Source: an uncultured Verrucomicrobiae bacterium (GTDB taxonomy: Bacteria; Verrucomicrobiota; Verrucomicrobiia; Limisphaerales; Palsa-1400). From it: DNA of 64,000 nt. Location: NCBI GenBank assembly GCA_963707025.1, contig CAVPOM010000005.1, positions 288,001 through 352,000 of the forward strand, in the 5' to 3' direction. Made by a program: the position numbers and the translations under genes. Positions within the stretch are counted from its first letter, which is position 1; each line of letters begins with the position of its first letter. The notes beneath the pieces were generated by a model. That model did no database searches and was not told the DNA's origin. It saw only the letters and a list, made by a program, of their open reading frames with translations. Positions 1-9,440 of the stretch are shown here, in pieces.

Positions 1-611
1 GCACCTTCCAGAAAATGGACCCCTACAACCGCCAGGTGCAGAACATGGTGGTGCAGTTATATCTGCAAAACGGCAAGCAGAAGGAGGCCCTTCTCGCCGC
101 CAGGGATTTCCTGAAACTGGAACCCAACAACCCGGGACTGCAGGACTTCGTCAACCAATCGGAAACAAACCAGGCGGGGCCGGCCTCCGTCCCGGTCCAG
201 GATTTATTTAATGAGATTGCCGCCGCCCTGAAGGCCAATCAAACCAACCAAGCCGACGCCATGCTCGACCAACTGCTGCACAACAAGCAGGCCAACGGGC
301 CGATCTTGTCGCAAATCGCCAACTTCTACGCCGGGATGGGCAACCTCCCCAAGGCCGCGGAGGCGATGCGCCGCGCCACCGAGGTGGAGCCCAACTCCTC
401 CCAGTCCTGGTACAACCTCGCCATTGTCCAGGCCTTTCAGGGCCATGCCGCCGACGCGGCCGCCTCCCTCAAAATGGCCTTCGCGGCCAATGCCAGGGAA
501 CGGGCGGCCGATCCGCGCATGGTGGATTTGCGCGAGAACGTGCGCACCAATCCTTATTTCAACAACATCCGGCAATCGCCCGAGTTTCGCGCCGCCCTGG
601 CGACCAATTAA
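1..611 (+). CDS. TPR-repeat protein, C-terminal part (probably begins upstream of the window)
   Basis: TPR-like helices (AAEAMRRATEVEPNSSQSWYNLA) and a TPR-end-like tail (NPYFNNIRQSPEF); reading frame open to the window edge. Confidence 0.8.
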   Translation, partial: TFQKMDPYNRQVQNMVVQLYLQNGKQKEALLAARDFLKLEPNNPGLQDFVNQSETNQAGPASVPVQDLFNEIAAALKANQTNQADAMLDQLLHNKQANGPILSQIANFYAGMGNLPKAAEAMRRATEVEPNSSQSWYNLAIVQAFQGHAADAAASLKMAFAANARERAADPRMVDLRENVRTNPYFNNIRQSPEFRAALATN

Positions 612-620
612 GATTTCTCC

Positions 621-712
621 TGCTCTTAATCTTAATCCTAATCTTAATCTTAATCGTAATCTCCCTCCTCCAACAAAGATTGGGATTATGATTAAGATTA
701 AGATTAGGAGCA
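621..712. repeat. Inverted repeat built from TAATCT/AGATTA hexamers, between convergent genes (possible bidirectional terminator)
   Basis: 636-663 tcctaatcttaatcttaatcgtaatctc pairs with 682-709 gggattatgattaagattaagattagga. Confidence 0.8.
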
Positions 713-721
713 AAAACAAGA

Positions 722-1471
722 CTACGGCGCGCGCAGTTCGTAGGCGATCACCGCCAGCGTGCAGAGCGCGGCGGTTTCGCTGCGCAAAACCAGGGGGCCC
801 AAATCTATCGGGCGGGCGCCGCTGGCGCCAATCAGCTTCAATTCTTCCCCGCTGAAGTCCCCCTCGGGGCCGATCCACGCGCCGACCGATTGCGGGCGGC
901 GCCGCTGTTGCGCCTCGTATTCTTGAAAGTAGCCGCGGGGATGGCGGCCATCGCCTTGCAGGGAGCCAACCAGGGCCAGGTCGAAGGACGCGCCCCTGGC
1001 CAGCAGCGCCGGCAGGGTGAGCGGTTCCTCCACTTCGGGAAGCCAGGGCTGCCCGCATTGCTTGATGGCTTCGATGGCGCACTGCCGCCATTTCTCCGCC
1101 TTGTCCTTGGCCGCGGCCCCGTCCAGCCGCGTGGCCACCCGTTCGGAGAGCAGGGGCACGACGCGCGCCACGCCCAGTTCGGTGGCTTTCTCTATGATGG
1201 CCTCCATCAGCTTTCCTTTGGGCACGGCCTGGATGAGCGTGATCCGGGCGGACGGCGCGGCCGCGGTGGTGGCGTCGGCGACCGCCAGGCGGACGCGATG
1301 GCGGTCCCAATCGCGGATTTCGCAGAGGTATTGCCGCCCGGCGCCGTCCAGCACGGTGAGCCGGCCGCCCGGCGCCAGGCGCAGGACATCCCGGGCATGA
1401 TGGGCTTCGCGCCCGGTCAATTCCAGCAGCGGCGGGCGGCATTGCGCGGCGGGCAGGTAGAAGCGGTGCAT
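722..1471 (-). CDS. rsmE: 16S rRNA m3U1498 methyltransferase RsmE
   Basis: MHRFY start, EKATELGV, IGPEGDFS, LGPLVLRSETA motifs; follows dnaJ. Confidence 0.95.
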   Translation of the reverse strand: MHRFYLPAAQCRPPLLELTGREAHHARDVLRLAPGGRLTVLDGAGRQYLCEIRDWDRHRVRLAVADATTAAAPSARITLIQAVPKGKLMEAIIEKATELGVARVVPLLSERVATRLDGAAAKDKAEKWRQCAIEAIKQCGQPWLPEVEEPLTLPALLARGASFDLALVGSLQGDGRHPRGYFQEYEAQQRRRPQSVGAWIGPEGDFSGEELKLIGASGARPIDLGPLVLRSETAALCTLAVIAYELRAP

Positions 1472-1515
1472 GGATTCCTGTAGCGGCGGTCTGTGACCGC
1501 CGCCAATCAAGGGCC

Positions 1516-2643
1516 TCAGCGGAACAGCCCCTTGGCCTTGTCAAAAAAACTTTTGCTCATGGGATGCACTCTCTCGTCGCACAGCCGGGCGAATTCCTCC
1601 AGCTTGGCTTTTTGCTCCGGGTTGAGGCGGGTGGGAATTTCCACCTGGACGCGCGCCAGCAAATCGCCCTGCCCGTAACCCTGGACGTTTTTCACGCCGC
1701 GCCCTTTGAGGCGAAAAACCGCGCCGTTCTGGGTGCCGGGCGGGATTTTGACCGCGACGGGCGCGGCCAGCGTGGGTACTTCCATCTCCGCCCCCAGCGC
1801 CGCCTGCGCGAAGCTGATGGGCACTTCGCAAAGCAGGTCGTCGCCGTCGCGCTGAAAAATCTCATGGGGCTGGACATGCAAAACGATGTGCAGATCGCCG
1901 GCGGCGCCCCCCTGGATTCCCGCCTCGCCGTTGCCGGTGGAACGGAGGCGGACACCCGTGTCCACGCCGGGCGGGATTTTGATGGTGATTTTGACGGAGC
2001 GCTCGCGGCGCCCGCTGCCGGCGCAGGGGCGGCACGGCTTGTCAACAATACGTCCGCGCCCGCCGCAGTGCGGGCAGGTCTGGGCGATGCTGAAGATGCC
2101 GCGGGAACTGATGACCTGGCCGCGGCCGCGGCAGGTGGGGCAGGACTTGGTGGAGGACCCTTTTTCCGCGCCGCTCCCGCCGCACACCTCGCACGGGCCC
2201 AGCTTGTTGAGCGTGATTTCCTTCTCGCAACCCTGGGCGGCTTCCAGGAAGGAAATCTCCATGTCGTAGCGCAGGTCGTCCCCGCGCTGCCCGCCCCCGG
2301 CGTCGCGTTGGCCGCCCGTCCCGAACAAATCGTCAAAAATGCTCCCGCCGCCGAAAACTTCCCGGAAGATTTCGCCGGGGTCATGGAAGCCGCCGGCCCC
2401 GGGTTGGCGGGCGCGCGATCCGAATGCGGCATGGCCGAAGCGGTCGTAATTGGCGCGGGACTGGGGATCGTTGAGGATTTCGTAGGCCTCCCCCAGCTCC
2501 TTGAATTTTTCCTCGGCGCCGTTGTCGTTGGGATTGCGGTCCGGATGATGCTTGAGGGCCAGCTTGCGGTAGGCCTTCTTGATTTCCTCGCTGTCGGCGT
2601 TCCGGTCCACGCCCAGGACTTCGTAATAATCGCGCTTGGCCAT
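1516..2643 (-). CDS. dnaJ: Chaperone DnaJ
   Basis: J domain with HPD, G/F-rich region, four CxxCxGxG repeats. Confidence 0.98.
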   Translation of the reverse strand: MAKRDYYEVLGVDRNADSEEIKKAYRKLALKHHPDRNPNDNGAEEKFKELGEAYEILNDPQSRANYDRFGHAAFGSRARQPGAGGFHDPGEIFREVFGGGSIFDDLFGTGGQRDAGGGQRGDDLRYDMEISFLEAAQGCEKEITLNKLGPCEVCGGSGAEKGSSTKSCPTCRGRGQVISSRGIFSIAQTCPHCGGRGRIVDKPCRPCAGSGRRERSVKITIKIPPGVDTGVRLRSTGNGEAGIQGGAAGDLHIVLHVQPHEIFQRDGDDLLCEVPISFAQAALGAEMEVPTLAAPVAVKIPPGTQNGAVFRLKGRGVKNVQGYGQGDLLARVQVEIPTRLNPEQKAKLEEFARLCDERVHPMSKSFFDKAKGLFR

Positions 2644-2651
2644 AGGCGGTC

Positions 2652-3206
2652 TCAGCCGGCCGGTTTCTTGGCCACAATGACCCCGGCGGGGCGGATGAGG
2701 CGGTGGTGGAATTTATAGCCTTTGCGAATTTGCTGGACGACCCGGCCTTCGGGCACCTCGCCGGTTTCCTGCTGGGAGACTGCTTCGTGCAGGGCGTGAT
2801 CGAACATTTGGCCGGTGGCGTCAATTTCCTCCAGCCCGGCTTCGGCCAGGGTGGATTTGAGCTGGTTGGAAACCATGACGATGCCCTCGCGCAAGGACTG
2901 GCTGGCCGGATCGGGCTTGGCGGCGGCCAGCGCCATTTCAAAGGCGTCGAGGGTGGGGATCAGCTTATTCAGCAGCGCCTGGTTGGCGAAAGTGACCGCC
3001 TCGTGCCGTTCGCGCGTGGCCCGCTTTTTATAATTCTCAAAATCGGCCGCCAGGTGGAGAAAGCGATCCCAGTTCTCGTCCGCCTTGGCGGCGCGTTCCT
3101 GCAACTCTTTGGTTTGGTCCGCCGTCAGCGCCACCGGCACGGGCAGATCCTCCCCCGCCGCCGCCGGGGCCTCTTCCTTGACTTCCACTTTCTTATTTTT
3201 TTGCAT
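2652..3206 (-). CDS. grpE: Nucleotide exchange factor GrpE
   Basis: [37 protein letters not shown]. Confidence 0.97.
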   Translation of the reverse strand: MQKNKKVEVKEEAPAAAGEDLPVPVALTADQTKELQERAAKADENWDRFLHLAADFENYKKRATRERHEAVTFANQALLNKLIPTLDAFEMALAAAKPDPASQSLREGIVMVSNQLKSTLAEAGLEEIDATGQMFDHALHEAVSQQETGEVPEGRVVQQIRKGYKFHHRLIRPAGVIVAKKPAG

Positions 3207-3238
3207 TCGATCAAATTGACAAAACTCAAGAGCCTCGC

Positions 3239-3267
3239 AAGATAGCGGCCCCGGCCGTGAATTTCAA
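3239..3267 (-). promoter_or_regulatory. Putative sigma70-type promoter for grpE-dnaJ-rsmE
   Basis: Minus strand TTGAAA-17 nt-TATCTT, 32 nt upstream of the grpE ATG. Confidence 0.55.
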
Positions 3268-3319
3268 GATTTGTCTTGCCGGCCCAAATCCTCGCCTAAG
3301 CCGGTCCCGAACCATTCAG

Positions 3320-3365
3320 GGGAGCACACGCGCCCTCGCGTGTACCAGTCGGCGCCCTCGCCGAC
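3320..3365. repeat. REP-like palindromic intergenic element
   Basis: gggagc-ACACGCG-ccct-CGCGTGT-acca-GTCGGCG-ccct-CGCCGAC: two adjacent hairpins. Confidence 0.6.
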
Positions 3366-3619
3366 AGCTTCCCACCCGGTAATCCCTTCGGGATTGAAGA
3401 CCGGGCCATTTGTAGCGAGCGCAAAGAAGGCATGTTCTATTCCACTGAAAACAGCGCAAAACCAAAAAGAGAAGCCCGCTTTTATGGCGTCACTTTTGCT
3501 CTCCGCTGCCGCGGAGGGAAAAATCAGACTCTGCCATCACTCGCTCTCCGCCGCCGATGAGGTTCCATTTGTCCCTGAGCGCTGCCGCTGGCGCCCGTTC
3601 GCGGCAGCGCCCTGGTTAG

Positions 3620-3751
3620 CCTGCATATTTCATACCTCCGGACTCCGCGTGAGGGCACGCGGCCTACAGGCGCGAGGCGATCTCCTTGTAGGCCGCGTGC
3701 CCTCACGCGGCGCACTGTTGCGCGTTCCCATCGGAGTGTGAAATATCCGGG
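3620..3751. mobile_element. 132-bp MITE with IS1380-like ends, carrying a REP hairpin
   Basis: TIRs cctgcatatttca / tgaaatatccggg (11/13); TTAG direct repeat at 3616-3619 and 3752-3755; internal perfect 24-bp inverted repeat 3645-3668 / 3687-3710. Confidence 0.75.
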
Positions 3752-3767
3752 TTAGGCGGTCTCTCGC

Positions 3768-4400
3768 TCATCCCTCCGGCTTTTCCTCCGCTTTCGCAAT
3801 CGCCGCACGAATCTCAGGCGGCATTTCCTCCAACGAATGGTAAGTCCTCTCCGCTCCAGACTCGTCAACGATTTTATAGACAGAAACGTCCTTCCGCCGC
3901 GTGATTTTCGCCGTGATCGCATCGTCCGTCTGTGAAATCTCTGCGACGGACGACTCCTTGCCCCTTTCCTGCGCGGCTTCCTTCTCGAGCGCTTCTATCT
4001 CCGACCGGATTTCCGGCGGCACTTCCTCCATCGAAGAATACTCGTCCTCTGTCCCGTCCTCCCCCACGGTCTTGATGACGACCTGCGTCCGGACGCCGTT
4101 TAATCCGGGGATGGCCCCATCCAGGCTTGGCGGCGCCAATTTTGTCCCAAAGTTTAACGCTGCCGCGTCCCTCTTGTACCACGGCGTCTGCCAGCGGGGA
4201 ACGGTGAAAACGGCGACGATGCCGCCGGCCAATGCGCAAAGCCCCAGCCAAAGGAGAGGCCAGTGGGTATTGTTGTGCGAAAACGCGCGCAAGATGCCCT
4301 TCCAGCTAAAAAGGAAACACGCCAAGCCACCCAAAGCGCTGCCGAAAACGGCACGCACCGTAATCGTCAAAAGAAAGTCTGGCCACGTGCTTTGTTTCAT
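3768..4400 (-). CDS. Integron cassette 2: hypothetical membrane protein with a duplicated C-terminal motif
   Basis: Two N-terminal TM segments; YSSMEEVPPEIRSEI and YHSLEEMPPEIRAAI; ATG 14 nt after the attC R' site. Confidence 0.75.
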   Translation of the reverse strand: MKQSTWPDFLLTITVRAVFGSALGGLACFLFSWKGILRAFSHNNTHWPLLWLGLCALAGGIVAVFTVPRWQTPWYKRDAAALNFGTKLAPPSLDGAIPGLNGVRTQVVIKTVGEDGTEDEYSSMEEVPPEIRSEIEALEKEAAQERGKESSVAEISQTDDAITAKITRRKDVSVYKIVDESGAERTYHSLEEMPPEIRAAIAKAEEKPEG

Positions 4401-4413
4401 AGCGCGCAACGAA

Positions 4414-4548
4414 ACCTAACGTAGAAAGCTGAGCCACCGCCGGCTCGCGGCGTGAATCCCGACTTGTCGGGAAACAAAAGCACCATCCGCCTTCGCTCCG
4501 CAGCTACGGTCGGACAGGACGGCGGTTGGCCCCGGCGATTTGTTAGGC
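4414..4548 (-). other. Integron attC site (135 bp)
   Basis: Minus strand GCCTAAC-aaatc-GCCGGGGCCAACCGCCG ... CGGCGGTGGCTCAGC-tttctac-GTTAGGT: R''/L''/L'/R' with unpaired extra bases, 10 nt after a stop codon. Confidence 0.85.
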
Positions 4549-4558
4549 AGCGTCAATC

Positions 4559-4903
4559 TCACTTGGACAAAAGATTGAAGTCTGTTCCTGCCGCCAACCG
4601 CTTCCGAACTGCTGCCAAATCCTTCGCACCATCCTCGCTCGGAAACAACTGATATGACCGCGAATACTCGGCCTCTGAATGTGTAACGTCGCCCATAGTT
4701 AAATAAATAGATCCAAGGAAAGAGTGCCCATAATAATAGTCAGGCTGGCGAGCGGTCAATGCCTGTGCCATCGAAAGAGCCGCCGGGAAATCCTGACGAT
4801 CCATCGCCGTTCTAACACGCGCCCACGAATCTCCCGACATGGAACCTCGTGTAAATCCCGCATAAAAGCCGGGCAACGAACCCACGAAAATAAGAATCAG
4901 AAT
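4559..4903 (-). pseudogene. Integron cassette 1: small TPR-like membrane-anchored protein, split from its start codon by IS4
   Basis: Joining ATG ACA ACT TTC (7845-7834) to 4903 gives in-frame MTTFILILIFVGSLPGF...; TPR-like YYGHSFLGSIYLTMGD. Confidence 0.7.
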
Positions 4904-5219
4904 CACAGCCATCCCACAGGAAATTGGAAAAAAGTGTTGGCTTGACCATTTGAACCTGCCACAAGGCAGGCATGAAAAACAAAAAAATCAAACCAACACG
5001 GTCCCGGTTTAACGTTTTGCGCCAGATTTGCAATCTGAGGTGGACCCCATCCTTTAGACCACGGAGCGCGGAGAATAAGATAGACTCTGGAGGTCCGCTG
5101 TCATTTGTATTTTTGTTTGTCTGTTGTTCATTCCGCGCTTCCAAACCCTTTCGAAAGAGAGAACGAGCCGCGCCTGGCACCGCCCGTCCTCCCTCTCCGT
5201 TTTCTTAGGGTTTCCAACC

Positions 5220-6125
5220 TTACCGCCGCAGGCGGTCTGATTTCAAGTTTTTCCGGCCGGCCAGCCCCTCCTTGGGCTGCATCGCTTCCCATCGGGCCGG
5301 TTGGGCTCCGTAGGCCCCGGGATCAGAATACACGGCCGCGGGCGTCGCATAGTGCAAAGCCGCGTGCGGACGCAACCGGTTGTAATCCTCAAACCAGCGC
5401 GCCAGCCCGCGCCCGGCCTCGATCCCGTCCAGGTAATCTTGCAGATATATGTCCTCATGCTTGACGCTCCGCCACAACCGCTCGATAAACCGGTTGTCCA
5501 TCCACCGCCCCCGGCCATCCATGCTCACGTCCACCCCCGCCGATTCCACCGCGTCAATATACAGCGGCGAAGTGAACTGCGACCCCTGGTCGGTGTTGGC
5601 GATCAGCGGGGCCTTCCGCCCGCTCTGCAGCGCCGCTTCCCAGGCGTCCACGCAGAAGGCGCTCTCCAACGTGTTGCTCAAGCGCCACGCCAGCACATAC
5701 CGGCTCCACCAATCCATCACCGCCACCAGATACATAAACCCCTGTGCCATCGGCACATAGGTGATGTCCGCGCACCAAGCCTGATCGGGCCCGGTGATCT
5801 CCAACTCGCCCAACAGATACGGATAGATCTGATGGCCCGGCCCCGGCAGGCTGGTCCGGGGTTTGCGGTAGATGGCCTCGATGCCCATGACCCGCAACAG
5901 CCGCACCACCCGCTTGCGATTGACTTCCCAGCCCTCCCGGCCCAACAGCACCCGCAACTTGCGGCTGCCATAGACCGGATGGTCCAAGTGCAACTGGTCC
6001 AAACGCCGCATCAGCGCCAGATTCTCCGGCGTCTCGGGGCACGGTTGGTAATAGTAACTGCTCCGGCATAAATCCAGCAGGTCGCACTGATGCCGCACGC
6101 TCACCTGCGCATCCGGGCCGACCAA
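5220..6125 (-). CDS. IS3 OrfB (DDE integrase core)
   Basis: WCADITY, NTDQGSQFTS, DNRFIERLWRSVKHE. Confidence 0.95.
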   Translation of the reverse strand: MVGPDAQVSVRHQCDLLDLCRSSYYYQPCPETPENLALMRRLDQLHLDHPVYGSRKLRVLLGREGWEVNRKRVVRLLRVMGIEAIYRKPRTSLPGPGHQIYPYLLGELEITGPDQAWCADITYVPMAQGFMYLVAVMDWWSRYVLAWRLSNTLESAFCVDAWEAALQSGRKAPLIANTDQGSQFTSPLYIDAVESAGVDVSMDGRGRWMDNRFIERLWRSVKHEDIYLQDYLDGIEAGRGLARWFEDYNRLRPHAALHYATPAAVYSDPGAYGAQPARWEAMQPKEGLAGRKNLKSDRLRR

Positions 6126-6139
6126 CTCCGCCAGGCTCT

Positions 6140-6448
6140 TTAAAGGCCCAGTTGTTTGGATTTTTTTTTCAGCCAGTCCAGGTCCACCGTCAACTGCCCG
6201 ATCTTCTGGTGCAATTGCCCGATCAACTCCTCCTGGTCTGCGCTGCCCGCATGCCCCGCCTCAAACAGGTCGGGCAACCGGTCGCGAATCGTCGCTTTCC
6301 ATTGCGTGACCTGGGTCGGATGCACCGCGTACTCTCGCGCCAGCTGCGCGACCGTCTTAAGCCCCACCAGGGCTTCGAATCCCACTTTGGCCTTGAAGGC
6401 CGCACTGTGCCGCTTCCGTTTTGTTTTCATCAGTCTGCTTTCTCTCAT
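6140..6448 (-). CDS. IS3 OrfA (HTH), joined to OrfB by a -1 frameshift at the A9 run
   Basis: RKRHSAAFKAKV...VHPTQVTQWK; A9 at 6161-6169, with the -1 frame (KIQTTGPLKSLAELVGP) open into OrfB. Confidence 0.92.
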   Translation of the reverse strand: MRESRLMKTKRKRHSAAFKAKVGFEALVGLKTVAQLAREYAVHPTQVTQWKATIRDRLPDLFEAGHAGSADQEELIGQLHQKIGQLTVDLDWLKKKSKQLGL

Positions 6449-7858
6449 TTCCAGCAGACCAACAAAAGTCTATCTTCTTCAGCAGTGGTCTAGTTTTTGG
6501 GGACCCCCTCAATCTCATTCCTGCGCATGAAGTCTCCAAAATAGCGCGGGAGACCGGGGCTCTGGATAAGTCGCGCACCTTCAGTCCGTGGAGTCACACG
6601 GTCAGTTTGCTGGACGCGCAACTCACCCATTGCATCGGACTCAACGATCTGTGCGACTCGCTGCAATTGCATTCCGGGCCGCTGTCCACTTTGCGCGGCG
6701 CCAGCGCCCCCAGCCGCAACGGCCTCTCCCACGCCAACCGGGAGCGTCCGGCCCAGATGGCCGAACAACTCTTCTGGCGGGTCCTGGAGCATTTGAAAGC
6801 ACAGACGCCCGGCTTTGCCGCGGGCCAGCGCCGTGGCCCCGCCTTCCGTTTCAAGATGCCCATCCATGTGATTGATAGCACGACCATGGAACTGGTGGCC
6901 AACTGCCTGGACTGGGCCAAGCACCGCCGGCGCAAGGCCGCCGCCAAAACCCATATGCGGTTGAATCTGCAGAATCTTTTGCCCGGTTTTGTCATTGTGG
7001 ACACTGCCGCCGAGCACGACAACCGACGGGCGCGGGAACTGTGCGCCGACTTGAAGAGCGGCGAAATCGCCTTGTTCGACAAGGGTTATGTGGACTTCGG
7101 CCACTTGCGGGATTTGGACGGGCGCGGGGTCTTTTGGGTGACGCGGGCCAAGGAGAACATGGGCTATGAGGTGGTGCGGAAAATGCCCGCCTCCAGAGAC
7201 CCGAAGATTTTGCGCGACGAAGTGATCGTCCTGAGCAACGAGAACAAACCCGCGCCGGAGTTGATGCGCCGGGTGGTGGCGCTGGTCGAGATTGATGGAG
7301 AGGAACGGGAAATGACCTTCCTGACCAACAACCTGGAGTGGAGTCCGCGCAGCGTGGCCGACCTTTACCGCTGCCGCTGGCAGATCGAAGTCTTCTTCAA
7401 ACAAATCAAGCAGACCTTGCAGTTGGCGGATTTTCTGGGCCACAACGCCAACGCCGTGCGCTGGCAGGTGTGGACGGCGCTGTTGACCTACGTGCTGTTG
7501 CGCTACCTCAGTCACCTCTCCAACTGGGCGCACAGCTTCACCCGGCTGTTCACGATTTTGCGGGCGGCGCTCTGGGAGAAATATGATCTGCTCAATTTGC
7601 TGGCGTGCTATGGGACAGCAGGCGGCAGCTTTCGCCACTTGGCGCGGCCCGAGCAGGCGTATTTCCCCGGCTTCCAATAAAGCTATGGGACAGCACACGC
7701 GCCCAAACAGGCGCATACCAAACCCAAAAGCCAAACTCGGAAAAATCAAAATCTCATTTTACCCCGAAGACCAATTAAACCCTTGCAAATGAACAGGTCA
7801 GCACCAGACTTTTCCCCTTATGAGACGGGTGTGGAAAGTTGTCATGGTGTGGGAGATG

Positions 7859-7900
7859 CTCTAACAATTAATATACAGCAGGTTGTTCGTGGATTACAAC
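7859..7900 (-). other. Putative attI / first-cassette junction
   Basis: G|TTAGAG core on the minus strand (7865-7859), between the divergent intI remnant and the cassette 1 ATG. Confidence 0.6.
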
Positions 7901-7906
7901 GGTCAA

Positions 7907-8135
7907 ATCAATACTGACGAAGCGGTGCGGCGCCTTGCGGCAGTTGTTCGACGCAAGCATCTTACACTCGCGGCCGAGCGCACTTGCTGCGCCTGGCTCA
8001 GGCGATATTGCGACTTCCTCAAAGGGCTGCCGTTGCGTATGCCAGGTGAACATAAACAGGAACGGTTTCTGACCGTCCTGGCCCAAAAGAATGCCGCCGC
8101 CAGCACCCAAAATCAAGCCTTTAATGCCATTAACT
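7907..8135 (+). pseudogene. intI: Integron integrase N-terminal remnant
   Basis: RRKHLTLAAERTCCAWLRRY...ERFLTVLA...AASTQNQAFNAI matches the IntI N-terminal SAM-like domain; catalytic domain absent; ATC where ATG is expected. Confidence 0.8.
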
Positions 8136-8318
8136 CCAAAATGCAGCCGCCCCGCACTACAGCCGTCTTGGATTGTCCATCCTCCAATTTGATCCCGGCA
8201 TAATTCATCTTCAAGCGCGCCTCCGTGCCCTGGCGTTGGCGACGACGGGTGTGCTCCTGTCCAAATCTCGCTCCATCGGCAGCCCAATCCGCCCCCATCC
8301 ACACATCGGACGAGTGCC

Positions 8319-8353
8319 TTCACTATTCACCATTCACCATTCACCATTCAGCA
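8319..8353. repeat. Heptamer tandem repeat (TTCACCA)x5
   Basis: ttcacta ttcacca ttcacca ttcacca ttcagca. Confidence 0.85.
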
Positions 8354-8545
8354 TTTCCCTCCGGCAGGCAAACCGCCCTTTTCGCCAAACTATTTTCACT
8401 TTTGCAAATCCACTTGTTTGGGGGCAAAACGGGTTTGACCGGCTGTTTACAAGGGTTTTTTCGGGGTCACCACCCCCGTTTTCCGGCATGCATTTTGTAC
8501 CCACGGTGGGCAGTCCCTTTTTCAAACCTGTGGTTTAATAGTTCC

Positions 8546-9385
8546 ATGAACACTAAACCATCAATGGAAACCACTGAAAACATTAACCCCGGCACCGCGG
8601 CGGCGGGTCCGCCCTCCTGCGCCGCGCCTGCGGAGGGCAGACAATCCGCCCTGATTCGCCCCCCTCGCTGTTCCCACCCCGCCGCATCCTCAACCTGCCG
8701 CCCTGCGCCGAACAACCTCAACCGTCCCCGCAACAACATCGCCCGCCTGCCTCGCGAGGTCCGCGAAATCGTCAACCAGGCCCTGCGCGAAGGCGAGGAT
8801 TACCGCATCATCATTGCCCGCGTCGAGCACCTGGTCGGCAAATTCCACGGCGTCTATCGCTCCAACCTCTCCTCCTGGCTCAGAACCGGCTACCGCGAAT
8901 GGCTCGGCCAAAAAACCCATCTGGAAGACACCATCGCCCTCAACGACGCCGCCCTCACCCAACTGGCCCGCCTCAAAAAAGAAACCGGCGCCGACCTCTC
9001 CGACCTGCTCGAATCCTTCCTCCTCTCCCTGGTGCAAAAGACCCTCCGGGACTTCGACCCCGCCGCGCTCAACGCCCTCCTCGCCGACAAGCCCGCCGAT
9101 GTTTTCCGCCTCATCGCCTGCCTCAACAACCACATCGCCGCCCGCTCCAAGGACAAGACCGCCGAAGTCGCCCGCGCCCGATGCCAGGTGCAACTCGCCG
9201 AAAAAGCCCAATCCACCCGCGAACAACCCGTTCCGGCCCAAAAGCAGTGGGAATGCGAAATGCTGCGCAAAACCATGGGCACCCCTTCCGAACAGTGGCT
9301 GCGCGCCCATAACTTCACTGCCTCCGGCGAAAAGATGAAAAAGCCCCGCCCCGCCTCCAAAACCGCGCAAACGGGCCCAGGCTGA
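8546..9385 (+). CDS. Hypothetical protein with a DUF3486/Mu gp27-like 'IARLP' helical domain
   Basis: NNIARLPREVREIVNQALREG...SNLSSWLRTGYREWL; strong C-ending codon bias. Confidence 0.6.
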   Translation: MNTKPSMETTENINPGTAAAGPPSCAAPAEGRQSALIRPPRCSHPAASSTCRPAPNNLNRPRNNIARLPREVREIVNQALREGEDYRIIIARVEHLVGKFHGVYRSNLSSWLRTGYREWLGQKTHLEDTIALNDAALTQLARLKKETGADLSDLLESFLLSLVQKTLRDFDPAALNALLADKPADVFRLIACLNNHIAARSKDKTAEVARARCQVQLAEKAQSTREQPVPAQKQWECEMLRKTMGTPSEQWLRAHNFTASGEKMKKPRPASKTAQTGPG

Positions 9386-9440
9386 TTTCAGTTAATTTCA
9401 CCTGGTTTCACCTGGTTTCACTTGATTTCACCTAATTTCA
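9381..9440. repeat. Six decamer repeats ending in TTTCA, starting at the stop codon
   Basis: gctgatttca gttaatttca cctggtttca cctggtttca cttgatttca cctaatttca. Confidence 0.9.

Larger units (their letters stand above)
5036..6511 (-). mobile_element. Complete IS3-family element (1476 bp)
   Basis: TIRs tgaggtggaccccatcctttagaccac / tgagggggtccccaaaaactagaccac (reverse complement); 3-bp ATC duplication at 5033-5035 and 6512-6514. Confidence 0.95.
4972..7680 (+). pseudogene. IS4-family DDE transposase split by IS3 (4972-5035 + 6515-7680)
   Basis: MKNKKIKPTRSRFNVLRQICN|LIPAHEV restored in frame after removing IS3 and one ATC; IDSTT, FDKGY, YRCRWQIEVFFKQIKQ (YREK) motifs. Confidence 0.9.
4904..7833 (+). 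mobile_element. IS4-family element interrupted by IS3
   Basis: Imperfect TIRs cacagccatcccacag (4904) and ttatgagacgggtgtg (ends 7833), 11/16; contains a DDE transposase; no clear TSD. Confidence 0.7.

Noticed and set aside
204..1544. Long antisense or alternative-frame ORFs here and throughout (e.g. 10272-12242, 20103-22076)
   Set aside because: High-GC shadow ORFs of well-supported genes
3207..3270. CIRCE operator upstream of grpE
   Set aside because: No TTAGCACTC-N9-GAGTGCTAA match
4812..5208. ORFs 4812-5180 (-) and 4972-5208 (+)
   Set aside because: Chimeras across IS junctions
6421..6514. ORF-track N-terminus of the 419-aa transposase
   Set aside because: It reads through the IS3 end; the true start is ATG 4972
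9381..9440. Possible CRISPR array (also 8319, 30771, 41500)
   Set aside because: Units are 6-10 bp with no unique spacers and no cas genes
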